NCBI GenBank assembly: GCA_048270185.1 | Contig: JBLWTJ010000003.1 | Coordinates: forward strand, 32,001-96,000 | Direction of reading: 5' to 3' | Length of the DNA: 64,000 nt | Origin: Bacteriovoracaceae bacterium | GTDB lineage: Bacteria; Bdellovibrionota; Bacteriovoracia; Bacteriovoracales; Bacteriovoracaceae | In this document: positions 49,129-59,900 of the stretch, piece by piece | Numbering within the stretch: position 1 is the stretch's first letter | Layout of the letters: every line of letters starts with the position of its first letter | Made by a program: the position numbers and the translations under genes | Notes under the pieces: model-generated | Database searches by the model: none | What the model was told of the DNA's origin: nothing | Seen by the model: only the letters and a program-made list of their open reading frames with translations

Positions 49129-51087
49129 ATCAATAGTGAAGAATCTACTATCAATAAAAATGTCTTTTTCTCATCCGCATTTTTCATTCTCATAATCACT
49201 GCAGTTGGCTCGATATGGCCGGATCAGTTAAGTCATTTCTTCAAGGGTATTCAGTCTTGGTTAATTGCAAAAACAAGTTGGGTGTATATCCTATCGATGG
49301 GAATCGTTTTATTTACATCAATTTGGCTCATGGTTAGTCGCTTAGGAGATATTAAACTAGGTCCAGATCATTCAGAACCTAGTTATACAAATATTTCTTG
49401 GTTTGCGATGCTATTTTCTGCAGGCATGGGAATCGGCCTGCTTTTCTTTGGTGTTGCCGAACCTATTATGCACTTTGCTTCTCCGCCAACAGGTGACCCT
49501 CAGTCAATTGAAAGTGCCCGAGAGGCCATGAAGATCACCTTCTTCCATTGGGGGCTACATGCTTGGGCAGTCTATGCAATACTTGCAGTTTGCTTAGCCT
49601 ATTTTTGCTATCGAAAAGATTTACCTCTACTTCCTCGTTCTGCATTTTATCCTATCTTAGGTGATAAGATTTATGGCGTAGCCGGTGATATAATCGATAC
49701 ATTCTCTGTAGTTGGAACAATGTTTGGTGTTGCTACATCTCTTGGCTTTGGGGTTTCACAAGTCAATGCTGGTCTACACTACTTGATTGGTATTCCTCAG
49801 TCAGAATTAATCCAAGTTGGTCTTATTGCCATTATCACGACAATGGCAACTGTTTCAGTTGTGCTAGGTCTTGATGGTGGGATTAAAAAGTTATCAAATA
49901 TTAACCTTACTGTAGCAGTTCTACTTCTACTTGCCGTTTTATTATTAGGTAATACAGTCGATTTATTTCAGACCTATGTTCAAAACACGGGAGCCTATCT
50001 TTCAGATATAATTTATAAAACATTTAACCTCTATGCTTATGATAAGAAAGAGGAGTGGATTGGTGGCTGGACACTTCTTTACTGGGGGTGGTGGATATCA
50101 TGGTCACCATTTGTTGGAATGTTCATTGCCCGCATCTCCAGAGGACGATCGATTCGTGAATTTATGATCGGCGTTTTATTTGTTCCAACTGGTTTTACCT
50201 TCTTATGGATGACGGTCTTTGGTAATTCGGCAATTAGTATTGCACTAAAAGATAAGACGGGAGAGTTTGTTTCAACAGTGAGTGGAAATGTTCCAGTTGC
50301 TCTTTTTAAGTTCTTTGAATATTTTCCATTTTCAAGCTTTCTTTCAGTCTTAGGTGTTATTCTTGTTGTAACTTTCTTTGTTAGTTCATCAGACTCTGGC
50401 TCACTTGTTATTGATACCCTTGCCTCAGGAGGAAAACAAGAGCCTCCTGTATGGCAGAGAGTCTTTTGGGCCGTAACAGAAGGAGTTGTCGCTGCAATTC
50501 TATTACATGCAGGTGGGTTGGATGCACTTCAAACCATGACCATTGCTTCAGCCTTTCCAATGATGATCATGATTCTCGTGGCAATTTATTGTCTAATCAA
50601 GTCATTGCGGGCCGATCTCTTATTAATGAGATCAGTACAGAATTACACGACAACTGTTCAGTATGAGAAAGTCAATATGACTTGGAAAGATCGACTTCAG
50701 TCTTTACTTGCTCACCCTAAGCTTAAAGAAGCAGATAAATTCTTAAGTGATGTTGTAGCGCCTGGGCTTGAAGAGCTCAAGCAAGAAATGGAGAAGAATG
50801 GACTTAATGTTAAGCTTACAACGACAAGAAAGGATGCCATTTCACTTGTCATTCATAACGATGAAGTTGAAGACTTTAAGTATGAAGTCTATCTAAGATC
50901 ATTTGAAGTACCAGGCTATGCTCCGGAAGAACAGAAAGTCTATTATCGGGCCGAGGTCTTCCTATTAAATGGGGGGCAGGAGTATGATATCTTCGGCTAC
51001 ACTAAGGAACAAATTGTGGCAGATGCCGTGACTCAATACGAGAAACACTTCCACTTCCTCCACCTTGCAAATTCTGAATTAGTATAA
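49129..51087 (+). CDS. betT: BCCT family choline/betaine transporter
   Basis: SWFAMLFSAGMGIGL, FHWGLHAW, WTLLYWGWWISWSPFVG, BetT-type C-terminal domain; transporter-like frame extends upstream of the track start 49282; true start uncertain. Confidence 0.88.
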   Translation: MNSEESTINKNVFFSSAFFILIITAVGSIWPDQLSHFFKGIQSWLIAKTSWVYILSMGIVLFTSIWLMVSRLGDIKLGPDHSEPSYTNISWFAMLFSAGMGIGLLFFGVAEPIMHFASPPTGDPQSIESAREAMKITFFHWGLHAWAVYAILAVCLAYFCYRKDLPLLPRSAFYPILGDKIYGVAGDIIDTFSVVGTMFGVATSLGFGVSQVNAGLHYLIGIPQSELIQVGLIAIITTMATVSVVLGLDGGIKKLSNINLTVAVLLLLAVLLLGNTVDLFQTYVQNTGAYLSDIIYKTFNLYAYDKKEEWIGGWTLLYWGWWISWSPFVGMFIARISRGRSIREFMIGVLFVPTGFTFLWMTVFGNSAISIALKDKTGEFVSTVSGNVPVALFKFFEYFPFSSFLSVLGVILVVTFFVSSSDSGSLVIDTLASGGKQEPPVWQRVFWAVTEGVVAAILLHAGGLDALQTMTIASAFPMMIMILVAIYCLIKSLRADLLLMRSVQNYTTTVQYEKVNMTWKDRLQSLLAHPKLKEADKFLSDVVAPGLEELKQEMEKNGLNVKLTTTRKDAISLVIHNDEVEDFKYEVYLRSFEVPGYAPEEQKVYYRAEVFLLNGGQEYDIFGYTKEQIVADAVTQYEKHFHFLHLANSELV

Positions 51088-51096
51088 TTTTTTGAG

Positions 51097-51132
51097 GGCC
51101 AAGTTTCGTTGAATTTCAATCGAAACTTGGTC
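51097..51132 (+). terminator. long hairpin after betT, probable terminator
   Basis: GGCCAAGTTTCG-TTGAA..TTCAA-CGAAACTTGGTC; short T tail. Confidence 0.6.
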
Positions 51133-51280
51133 TATTCTTGCCCTAATATCTCGCCAATATTTATTGTTAATACGTTAATTAAGTGACGGTATTTCAGTTA
51201 GTTACATCTTTTAGAACAAAGATTTCAATAACTAGTAAACTAATACAAATGATCATATACGGTTGAACGTTGGAGGATAA

Positions 51281-51526
51281 ATGATCGCACTCAAAAACGC
51301 TTTGTTTTTATTTATTATTCTATACTCAGGATACCTTCAAGCTGAAAATACAGGAGAAAACTTAAATTGTTCAGAAATAGAGAAAGTAAGGTGTCTCGAA
51401 GTCCAGGAATACGGCCATGAATTTGTAGGCCCAAAATTTGATGAATATATTATTGAAGAATACAAAACATTCACACGGCCATCAACGCGCGAGTTAATTT
51501 GTTGTGGGATAGGCGAAAGTGAATAG
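51281..51526 (+). CDS. small secreted Cys-containing hypothetical protein
   Basis: GGAGG RBS, signal peptide (LQA), 4 Cys in 81 aa. Confidence 0.6.
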   Translation: MIALKNALFLFIILYSGYLQAENTGENLNCSEIEKVRCLEVQEYGHEFVGPKFDEYIIEEYKTFTRPSTRELICCGIGESE

Positions 51527-51647
51527 TATTCAAAAATATCTCTCTAAGTGTTTAATATTCTGTATTACCACCTGAGTGGCGCCTGAGTACCTAAATAGCC
51601 GCCACATTGCCCATTTGTCAGTTTATTGTAAATTTAGCTTTCTTCAT

Positions 51648-51698
51648 TTGACTCAGATTAATGACTCTTGTTATGATATATATACCCTATAGGGGTAT
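51648..51698 (+). promoter_or_regulatory. sigma70 promoter with CsoR operator
   Basis: TTGACT-N18-TATGAT (extended TG), then ATACCCTATAGGGGTAT at 51682-51698, the C-tract/G-tract inverted repeat typical of CsoR sites. Confidence 0.8.
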
Positions 51699-51708
51699 GG
51701 AGAATATT

Positions 51709-51936
51709 ATGAAAAGTGTACTATTTAATGTTAGCGGAATGAATTGTGGTGGTTGTGTAGCGAAAGTGGAAAGAGAGCTTGCTACATTTACAGATATTAA
51801 TAAAGTCGAAGTCGATTTAGAGAATCAAGAAATTAAGGTTTCTGGGGAAGATACATTCTCGAATATGAAGGTTAAGCAGACTCTTACTGAAATAGGATTT
51901 CCTGTTTCAGGGATGAAAAAGCTTAAACTACAATAG
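51709..51936 (+). CDS. copZ: copper chaperone CopZ (HMA)
   Basis: GMNCGGC; start moved to ATG 51709 after GGAGA RBS and operator. Confidence 0.88.
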   Translation: MKSVLFNVSGMNCGGCVAKVERELATFTDINKVEVDLENQEIKVSGEDTFSNMKVKQTLTEIGFPVSGMKKLKLQ

Positions 51937-51947
51937 GAGAATTATTC

Positions 51948-54143
51948 ATGACAACTTCAAGTGTTACTCTAAAAATTTCAGGCATGAGTTGCGCCAGTTG
52001 TGCCGCAACGATTGAAAAAGAAGTAGCAAAGATTGAAGGCGTTTCTTCAAGTGCTGTTAATTATGCAGTGGAATCGGGGAAATTTGAAGTTAATGATAAG
52101 TCTTTAATTGATACAATTGAGAAGCGAATTGATGAGCTTGGTTATCACGCAAGTCATGGGGATGAAGTCGATCATGATGTACGAGATAAAGAAGATACAA
52201 AAAAAATAAAATCTAATTTTAATCTCTTCGTCATTGCTATTATCCTTGCGGTTATTATCTTTCTCTTAGAAATGGGACCACTTAAAGGTCTGCCAACTCC
52301 ACGTAGTAATTGGTATCTACAATTAATCTTGGCCTTGCCTATCTGGGGATGGATTGGTTTTAAATTCCAGAAATCTCTTTGGAGCTTTATTCGTACTGGT
52401 CGCTCTGATATGAATACCCTCATCGGACTTGGTACTACTGCGGCATTTCTATATAGTGTCTTTGTAACAATTTTCCCGACTGCAAGTACATCTCTGGGAT
52501 TGACTCAAAGAGTATACTTTGAAGCAGTTGGCTTTATTATTTCCTTTGTTTTTCTTGGACAATACTTTGAGGATAAGGCCAAGAGAAAGACAACACAGGC
52601 CTTGAATGCACTCTTTAAATTATCGGCCAAGAATGCACTTGTTTTAAGAGACGGTGAATTTCGAGAAATTTCACTCTCACAAGTTGTTCGTGGTGATATT
52701 ATCAGAGTAAAGGCCGGCGAGAAATTCCCGGTGGACGGAGATATCACAAAGGGCTCTAGCGCTATTGATGAAGCAATGATTTCAGGAGAGCCTCTGCCTG
52801 TCAAAAAATCAGTTTCAGACAAGGTCTTTGCTGGAACAATAAATGGTGATAGCGCAATTGAATATAAGGCCACAAAAGTTGGTGGCGATACATTCCTAGC
52901 TCAAATTATTCAATTTGTTGAAGATGCACAGGCCTCAAAGCCTGCGATTCAAAAATATGCTGATCGAATCAGCTCAATATTTACTCCTATCGTAATTGTC
53001 GTTGCAATTATTACTTTCACTGCATGGTTCTTTATTGGTCCTGAACCTATCTGGGGAAATTCTATCTCTAACTTTATTGCTGTCCTTGTTATTGCTTGCC
53101 CATGTGCTCTCGGCCTTGCAACACCTACTGCCGTTGTTGTGGCGACGGGAAGGGCATCTTTAAAAGGACTTCTTATTGGTGGTGGTGAAGTGATAGAGAA
53201 GGCCACTGATATCAATACGATCGTCTTTGACAAAACTGGAACGATTACAGTTGGAAAACCAACAATTATTGAAGCACTCTATGATGGAGACGAAAATGAT
53301 ATCTTAACTAAGCTTGCTTCAATCGAGAGTTTTTCAGAACACCCTCTTGCTAAAGCTGTTATTAAGCTAGCAAATGACAAAGGTTTAACTCTTCTCGAAC
53401 CGGATTCATTTGAAGTGGTGAAGGGAAAGGGGATCATTGCAGAAGTCGATGATGAAGAATTTCTAGTTGGAAATAAAAGATTGTTAGATGATCATCAGAT
53501 AGAATTGAGTACAAAATTAATTTCACATAAGGTTGGAAGTACAATATTTGTGAGCTCAAAACAAAAACATATTGCAACACTTGTCGTTGGAGATGAAATT
53601 AAAGCTTCTTCAAAAGACGCCATCGAGCACTTTCACAAGCTAGGTATTGAGACGTGGATGATCACTGGAGATAACCACGCTGTAGCTGAAGCTGTTGCAA
53701 AAGAGCTTGGAATTGATCATGTTCTTTCGGAAGCACTTCCTCTTGATAAGGCCGCTCAAGTAGAAAAACTTCAGGCCCAAGGAAAGAAAGTTGCCATGAT
53801 TGGTGATGGAGTTAACGATGCGCCTGCCCTTGCTAAAGCTAACCTTTCACTTGCTATGGGAACTGGTACAGATGTGGCCATGAACGCCTCAGATGTGACT
53901 ATTGTTAACGGTGACTTGGCCAAGGCTTGTGACTTTATTGAATTATCAATTGGAACGATGAAGATTATAAAACAGAATCTCTTTCTTTCAATGATCTATA
54001 ATACTATTTTAATTCCTGTTGCAGCAGGTGTACTTGTTGTCTTTGGGGGACCGATGATGCCTCCTGTTCTTGCTAGTGTGGCAATGGGGTTAAGTAGTAT
54101 TTCAGTTGTATCTAATAGTTTAAGAATAAGGAAATTAGTATGA
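51948..54143 (+). CDS. copA: copper-translocating P1B-type ATPase
   Basis: GMSCASC, ACPCALG, DKTGT, SEHPLA, GDGVND, YN and MGLSS. Confidence 0.95.
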   Translation: MTTSSVTLKISGMSCASCAATIEKEVAKIEGVSSSAVNYAVESGKFEVNDKSLIDTIEKRIDELGYHASHGDEVDHDVRDKEDTKKIKSNFNLFVIAIILAVIIFLLEMGPLKGLPTPRSNWYLQLILALPIWGWIGFKFQKSLWSFIRTGRSDMNTLIGLGTTAAFLYSVFVTIFPTASTSLGLTQRVYFEAVGFIISFVFLGQYFEDKAKRKTTQALNALFKLSAKNALVLRDGEFREISLSQVVRGDIIRVKAGEKFPVDGDITKGSSAIDEAMISGEPLPVKKSVSDKVFAGTINGDSAIEYKATKVGGDTFLAQIIQFVEDAQASKPAIQKYADRISSIFTPIVIVVAIITFTAWFFIGPEPIWGNSISNFIAVLVIACPCALGLATPTAVVVATGRASLKGLLIGGGEVIEKATDINTIVFDKTGTITVGKPTIIEALYDGDENDILTKLASIESFSEHPLAKAVIKLANDKGLTLLEPDSFEVVKGKGIIAEVDDEEFLVGNKRLLDDHQIELSTKLISHKVGSTIFVSSKQKHIATLVVGDEIKASSKDAIEHFHKLGIETWMITGDNHAVAEAVAKELGIDHVLSEALPLDKAAQVEKLQAQGKKVAMIGDGVNDAPALAKANLSLAMGTGTDVAMNASDVTIVNGDLAKACDFIELSIGTMKIIKQNLFLSMIYNTILIPVAAGVLVVFGGPMMPPVLASVAMGLSSISVVSNSLRIRKLV

Positions 54144-54421
54144 GTAAACACCCAGACCACAAAGCAACCTTAACTAGAGTCAACCGAATTGAAGGACAAG
54201 TCGGTGGTATCAAGAGAATGATTGAAGATGGTAAATACTGTGTGGATATTCTCACGCAAATTAAATCAATTAGAAGTGCTTTAAAAGGGTTAGAGCTTGT
54301 CATTTTAGAATCACACTTAAATAGCTGTGTTATTAATGCAATTGATTCAGGTTCAAAAAAAGATAGCCAGAAGAAAATTGATGAGATCATGGAATTACTA
54401 AAGAAATCAGCAAAGTCATAG
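54140..54421 (+). CDS. csoR: CsoR/RcnR family metal-sensing repressor
   Basis: R.NRIEGQV.GI..M, YCVDILTQ, HLNSC. Confidence 0.9.
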   Translation: MSKHPDHKATLTRVNRIEGQVGGIKRMIEDGKYCVDILTQIKSIRSALKGLELVILESHLNSCVINAIDSGSKKDSQKKIDEIMELLKKSAKS

Positions 54422-54430
54422 GATGCGATT

Positions 54431-55633
54431 ATGAAAAGTTTACTACTATGCTTTATTACAGCGTCTGCCTTTGCTCTAAACTTTACTGAAGCCGTTGATA
54501 TCCTAAAAAAACACGATAGTGTCCAGGCCATCAAAGGAAGTGCAAAATCAGTTCTTGAATCTTCCAAGCAGAAAAGTTCTTGGGGGGATCCAATGTTTAA
54601 ACTTGCTGCTAAGAATTTTCCTGTTGATACCCTAAAATATGATCAAACTCCTATGACTGGAGTTGAAGTAGGAATCGCGCAAAAAATAGCTCTTTCAAAT
54701 CGATATGGAAAAATGGGGGAGAGCTTAAGTGCCGAAGCTAATTCCTTAAATTTTAGTGCTCTTGATTATGAACAAGCACTCGTTAAGCTTCTATGGTCCA
54801 ATATCATTGAGAATGAGAAAGTAAAAACAGAACTTGAAATCCTTGAAGAGAACTTAAAGTGGATCAATGGAATCCTAAGAGTGAGTAAAAAGCTGTACTC
54901 AAATGGGAAAATCACACAACAAGCACTTCTTGATATTCAAATTAGAAAATCAGAAATAGAAAGTGAATTAAGTAATAAGAAATATGAGCTTCGTCAGAAT
55001 AAATCACAATTAACTTACCTCATTGGTGAAGAAGCCAAGAATTTTAATTATAAGAGTGCTCCATGGAAGTTATTAGATCAGTCTTCTAAGGAAGAAACTA
55101 ATGATAATCGACTTAAAGCACTTGTAGCGGGAAAAAAGGCCAGTGATTTAAGTGTTGAGCAAGCGGATCTTGCTTATATCCCAGATATTACGATATCTCT
55201 AGGTTACACAATGCGCTCTGACGACGTTGATAAGAATGGTGACTTTGTCGGTGCTCAGATAACATTCCCAATTCCTGTCTCGGATAATACATCTGGAGCA
55301 AAGGGGGCGGCCATCGCTAAGAGTTATTCTGCCACTAGAAAATTGGAAGATTATAAGTTAAAGAAGAAGCGTGACCTCAGTATTATTAAAGATGATATTG
55401 AAAAACTAAAAGCTGAACTTTCAATCATAGCGACAAAGTCAGTTAGCTTTGCTCGCAACTCGCGTTCAATTACTTCAAAATCCTATGGACGCGGTAATAG
55501 CTCTTATATTGAATTATTACAAAGTGAACTTCGTCTACAAAATATCTTACTCAAGAAAATAATGCTAACAGCTCAACTTGCCATGAAGAAAGTTGATTAT
55601 AAATATACTCTTGGAGAGTCGTTATATGAATAA
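54431..55633 (+). CDS. TolC/CusC-like outer membrane efflux protein
   Basis: Signal peptide, WGDPM, coiled-coil OEP pattern; position before MFP and RND genes. Confidence 0.8.
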   Translation: MKSLLLCFITASAFALNFTEAVDILKKHDSVQAIKGSAKSVLESSKQKSSWGDPMFKLAAKNFPVDTLKYDQTPMTGVEVGIAQKIALSNRYGKMGESLSAEANSLNFSALDYEQALVKLLWSNIIENEKVKTELEILEENLKWINGILRVSKKLYSNGKITQQALLDIQIRKSEIESELSNKKYELRQNKSQLTYLIGEEAKNFNYKSAPWKLLDQSSKEETNDNRLKALVAGKKASDLSVEQADLAYIPDITISLGYTMRSDDVDKNGDFVGAQITFPIPVSDNTSGAKGAAIAKSYSATRKLEDYKLKKKRDLSIIKDDIEKLKAELSIIATKSVSFARNSRSITSKSYGRGNSSYIELLQSELRLQNILLKKIMLTAQLAMKKVDYKYTLGESLYE

Positions 55634-56978
55634 ACTTCTACCAATTTTCCTCTTATCTCTCTTTGTTTTGATCTCGTCTTGCCAATCGGCTAAAGAGGAA
55701 GTGACAACACAGACCAAAGCAGGAGTTAAGTCATACTATACATGTTCAATGCACCCACAAATCCGTGAAGATAAGCCAGGGAAATGTCCTATTTGCCATA
55801 TGAACCTAACGAAGGTTGAAGTGGAAGAAGGTGGTGATGAGGCAAAACATGATCATCAACAAGTAGTAAAGGATTTATGGCAATGTAAGGATTTCCCTGA
55901 TGTGACTAGTGAGAAGGATGATACATGCCCGATTGATGGGACACCAATGATTAAGGTCTCACATAGTAAGGTTGAAGCAAGTAAGGTTGTAGCAAAGGTA
56001 AAACTAAGAAAATCTCAAATGAGTCACTTTACTCCTTCGTATTTTCCTGTGACACCGATGAAGATGACAAAGAAGATTCGCTTACTTGGCCAAGTTTATC
56101 AATCTGAAGAGAAGGAGAGCAATATTCCTGCTCGTATTGATGGCCGAGTTGAAAAAGTTTACGTGAAATCAACTGGTAGCTTCGTTAGAGCAGGAGATCC
56201 TGTTGTCGATATCTATAGTCCAAAGTTAATTTCAGCAGGTGAAGAATATATTCTTGCTCGTAATACTTACCGTAAGAGTAAGAATCCTGAATTTAGAGAA
56301 CTCTATAAACAAAGTCAGGAAAGGCTTGAATTATGGGGCATAAAGAAATCTCAGTATGAGTCTTGGGTCAAAAATGGTCAGGTTCCAAATAAAATTACAA
56401 TCTTCTCACCTGCAACAGGAATTGTTAGAAAGAGAAACGCTACAGTCGGGACATACTTTAAAGAAGGTCAGAACTTCTTTGAGCTATCAAATCTAAGTGA
56501 TGTTTGGGTCGAATTAGACGTTTATGAACAAGATTCGGCCCTTGTTGAAATGGGGCAAAATGTAGAACTTGAATTTATTGCTCTGCCTGGAAAGAAAGTT
56601 CAAGGAGAAATTGATTTTGTAAGCCCTGTTCTTGATCAGCAATCAAGAACTCTTAAGGTTCGTGCAACGATAAAAAATGAGGAAGGTAAGCTTAAGCCTG
56701 GAATGGTTGCTAATGCGGAAATTACTTTTAACTTAGAAGGATTACCACTGGTTATTCCACGCTCGGCGGTTATTGATACAGGTAAGAGAAAAGTTGCGTG
56801 GGTAAAGATAAGCTCTAGTGAATTTAAATCAATTGTTATTCAAACTGGACATGAGTCGGAAGGCTACGTTGAAGTTTTAGCAGGTCTTAAGGAAGGGGAT
56901 GAAGTGGTAATTGAAGGAAATTTTCTTCTTGATGCTCAAGCGCAACTCTTTGGTGGCTACGAGGATATGAATGATTAA
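55626..56978 (+). CDS. cusB: CusB-like RND periplasmic adaptor with heavy-metal-binding domains
   Basis: Lipoprotein-like signal (ISSC), YTCSMHP..CPICHM, second degenerate domain (WQC..CPIDG), LKPGM. Confidence 0.88.
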   Translation: MNKLLPIFLLSLFVLISSCQSAKEEVTTQTKAGVKSYYTCSMHPQIREDKPGKCPICHMNLTKVEVEEGGDEAKHDHQQVVKDLWQCKDFPDVTSEKDDTCPIDGTPMIKVSHSKVEASKVVAKVKLRKSQMSHFTPSYFPVTPMKMTKKIRLLGQVYQSEEKESNIPARIDGRVEKVYVKSTGSFVRAGDPVVDIYSPKLISAGEEYILARNTYRKSKNPEFRELYKQSQERLELWGIKKSQYESWVKNGQVPNKITIFSPATGIVRKRNATVGTYFKEGQNFFELSNLSDVWVELDVYEQDSALVEMGQNVELEFIALPGKKVQGEIDFVSPVLDQQSRTLKVRATIKNEEGKLKPGMVANAEITFNLEGLPLVIPRSAVIDTGKRKVAWVKISSSEFKSIVIQTGHESEGYVEVLAGLKEGDEVVIEGNFLLDAQAQLFGGYEDMND

Positions 56979-59900
56979 GAATCTTATTGAATTATCTATT
57001 CGCAATCGTGTTACTGTTGTTCTCTTATTCTTACTGATTGCACTCTTATCAGTTTTTAGTTTAAAAACTGCACGAATCGATGCAATTCCAGATATAGGTG
57101 AAAATCAGCAAATCGTCTTCACTGATTGGCCTGGCCGATCACCAAAGGATATCGAAGAGCAAATTACTTATCCTTTAAGTGTTATGCTACAGGGGATACC
57201 TGGCGTTAAGAATATTCGCGGGACATCTGCTTTTGGTTTTTCTACAATTTATGTCATCTTTAATGATGATATCGACTTTTATTGGTCTCGTTCACGAGTC
57301 CTAGAGAAGCTAACGAGTGCTCGAAATGAACTTCCAACAGGTGTTAATCCTTCGATGGGGCCAGATGCAACAGGGCTAGGTCAAGTGTATATGTATACGC
57401 TTGAGAATACAGCTAATAGTGCTAAGCCATTATCTCTTGAAGAATTAAGAACTCTGCAAGACTTCTATGTACGCTATCTTCTTCAGAGTGTTGAAGGGGT
57501 AAGTGAAGTTGCAAGCATTGGCGGCTTTGTTAAAGAATATCAAATTGATGTGGATCCAAATAAGCTCATCGCATACGACACTCATTTAACGGCCATTATT
57601 TCGGCCATTCAAAATAGCAATATCGATGTGGGTGCTGAAGTTATTGAAGACGGAGACCGTGAATTCGTTGTTCGTGGAAAGGGCTTCTTTAAGTCCATTG
57701 CAGATATTGAAAATGTTGTCGTCGCTGTTAAGAATAAGACTCCAATTCGCATTAAGGATATAGCCTCAGTTGGCATGGGGCCTGCCTTTAGGAGAGGGGC
57801 CCTCGATAAGAATGGTGAAGAAGCTGTCGGCGGAATCGTTACCATGCGTTTCGGAGAGAACCCGAAAGTTGTAATTGATAATGTTAAGGCTAAGTTAGAT
57901 AGTATAAGACAAGGTCTTCCAAAAGATGTCGAACTTGTCAGTTTCTATGATCGTACAGAGGTAATTGAAAGAACAATTGGAACAGTTTATTCTGCACTCT
58001 TTCAAGAGATCATTATTACAGTTGTCGTTATCCTCTTATTTTTACTACACTTTAAATCTTCAATTCTTGTCTCGCTAACTCTACCTTTTGGGGTTGGGAT
58101 TAGTTTTATCTTAATGAAGTTTCTAGGCATTGATTCAAATGTAATGAGCTTATCTGGACTTGTTATTGCCATTGGTTCAATGGTTGATATGGGTATTATC
58201 ATGACTGAGAATATCTATTCAAGTCTAGCCGAAGAAGGACGTGAATTATCAAAATCAGAAAGAATTCAAACAATTATTAAAGCTGCTAGAGAAGTAGGAC
58301 CTGCGATTCTTACGGCCGTTTCTACTACGATTGTTACTTTTCTACCTGTTTTTGGCCTAGAAGGGAGTGAGGGGAAATTATTTGGACCTCTTGCATGGGC
58401 AAAGACTCTTGCTATGTTTGGCTCAGTAGTTGTTGCTATTATTCTTGTTCCGGCCTTAAGTACTTTCTTTTTAAAAGGTGAACTTAAGCCAATTGAGAAG
58501 AATCCTGTCAGTCGTAAAATTGTTGGAACATACCAACCCGTGCTTTCTTGGTTATTAGAGCATCGAAAGTTCTTTGCTATTTTTCCTACAATAATTCTAC
58601 TTCTTGGTTTTATCTCTTATACTCAGCTAGGTAAAGAATTTATGCCTTCACTGAATGAAGGAGAAATTCTCTATATGCCAGTAACTACTGCAGATGTCGG
58701 TATGACGAAGGCCCGCGAGCTTCTTGCATACACAGATGAGATGTTAAAGGATCATCCTCTCGTTGCAAATGTCGTTGGTAAACTAGGTCGAGCAGAAACA
58801 GCTCTTGATCCAGCTCCTGTTGCGATGTTTGAAACAGTTGTAAAACTTGTACCTCAAGAGGAGTGGCCAAGTGGAATGTCGATTTACGATATTATGCAAG
58901 AGCTTGATGCTCACCTTCAGGTTCCTGGCTTGGTCAACGCTTGGTTGTTTCCTATCGAGAATCGAATTGCCATGATTTCAACTGGAATTAAAACTCAAGT
59001 AGGGGTTAAGGTTTTTGGAGATGATCTAAATAAGCTTGAAAAAATTAGTCAGGAAATAGGTAAGGTCTTAGAAGGTATTAAAGGTTCGAGTGGTGTTTAT
59101 GCTCAGCAAATAACAGGAAAGCCTTATATTGAGTTTGACATTGATCGCGTGGCCGCTAGTCGATATGGGATTAATACCGGAACAATTAATAAGATCCTTC
59201 AAACTGCAGTTGGCGGAATGACTATCGGCCAGTTCTATGATGGAAGGAAGCGTTTTCCTATTCGCGTTCGTTATAAGAAAGAATTGCGTGATCGAATTGA
59301 TGAGTTAAAGAAAGTTCTAGTTCCAAGTCCGCTTGGACAGCATATTCCACTAGAGCAATTAGCTAGAGTTGAAATTGTGACTGGCCCTGCAATGATTCAG
59401 TCTGAAGATGGCCTTCTAAGAAATCTCGTTCTCTTAAACGTTCAGGGACGTGATCTTATTGGATTTGTTGAAGAAGCAAAGAAGGCAGTTGAAGAAAAAG
59501 TTGAATTACCTAAGGGGTATTCACTCTCTTGGGCCGGTCAATATGAGAACCAAGTACGTTCTAATAAGAGACTGATGATTCTGGTACCTATTGCTCTAAT
59601 CATTAATTTAATCATCATATACTTTGGTATCAAGAATTTAAGAAATGCTGCAATTGTTTTTAGTGCAGTTCCTATTGCATTTGCAGGAGGTCTTATATTG
59701 CTATGGATTGGTGGCTTTAATACATCTGTTGCGGTTTGGGTTGGCTTTATTGCTCTCTTTGGAATTGCCGTTGATGATGGGGTCGTGATGATGACCTATC
59801 TTCAAGAAGAATTTAAAAAGCATGCACCCACTAATTGGAGCGAGCTTAAAGAAGTCATTATAAGCGCTGGAAGTCGTAGGATTAGACCACTTGTAATGAC

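Noticed and set aside
54112..54567. 151-aa antisense ORF over csoR and the tolC-like gene
   Set aside because: Shadow of well-supported plus-strand genes; no motifs. The same applies to the other short nested or antisense track ORFs (e.g. 889-1131, 3210-3545, 37318-37590, 52505-52873, 63663-63887).
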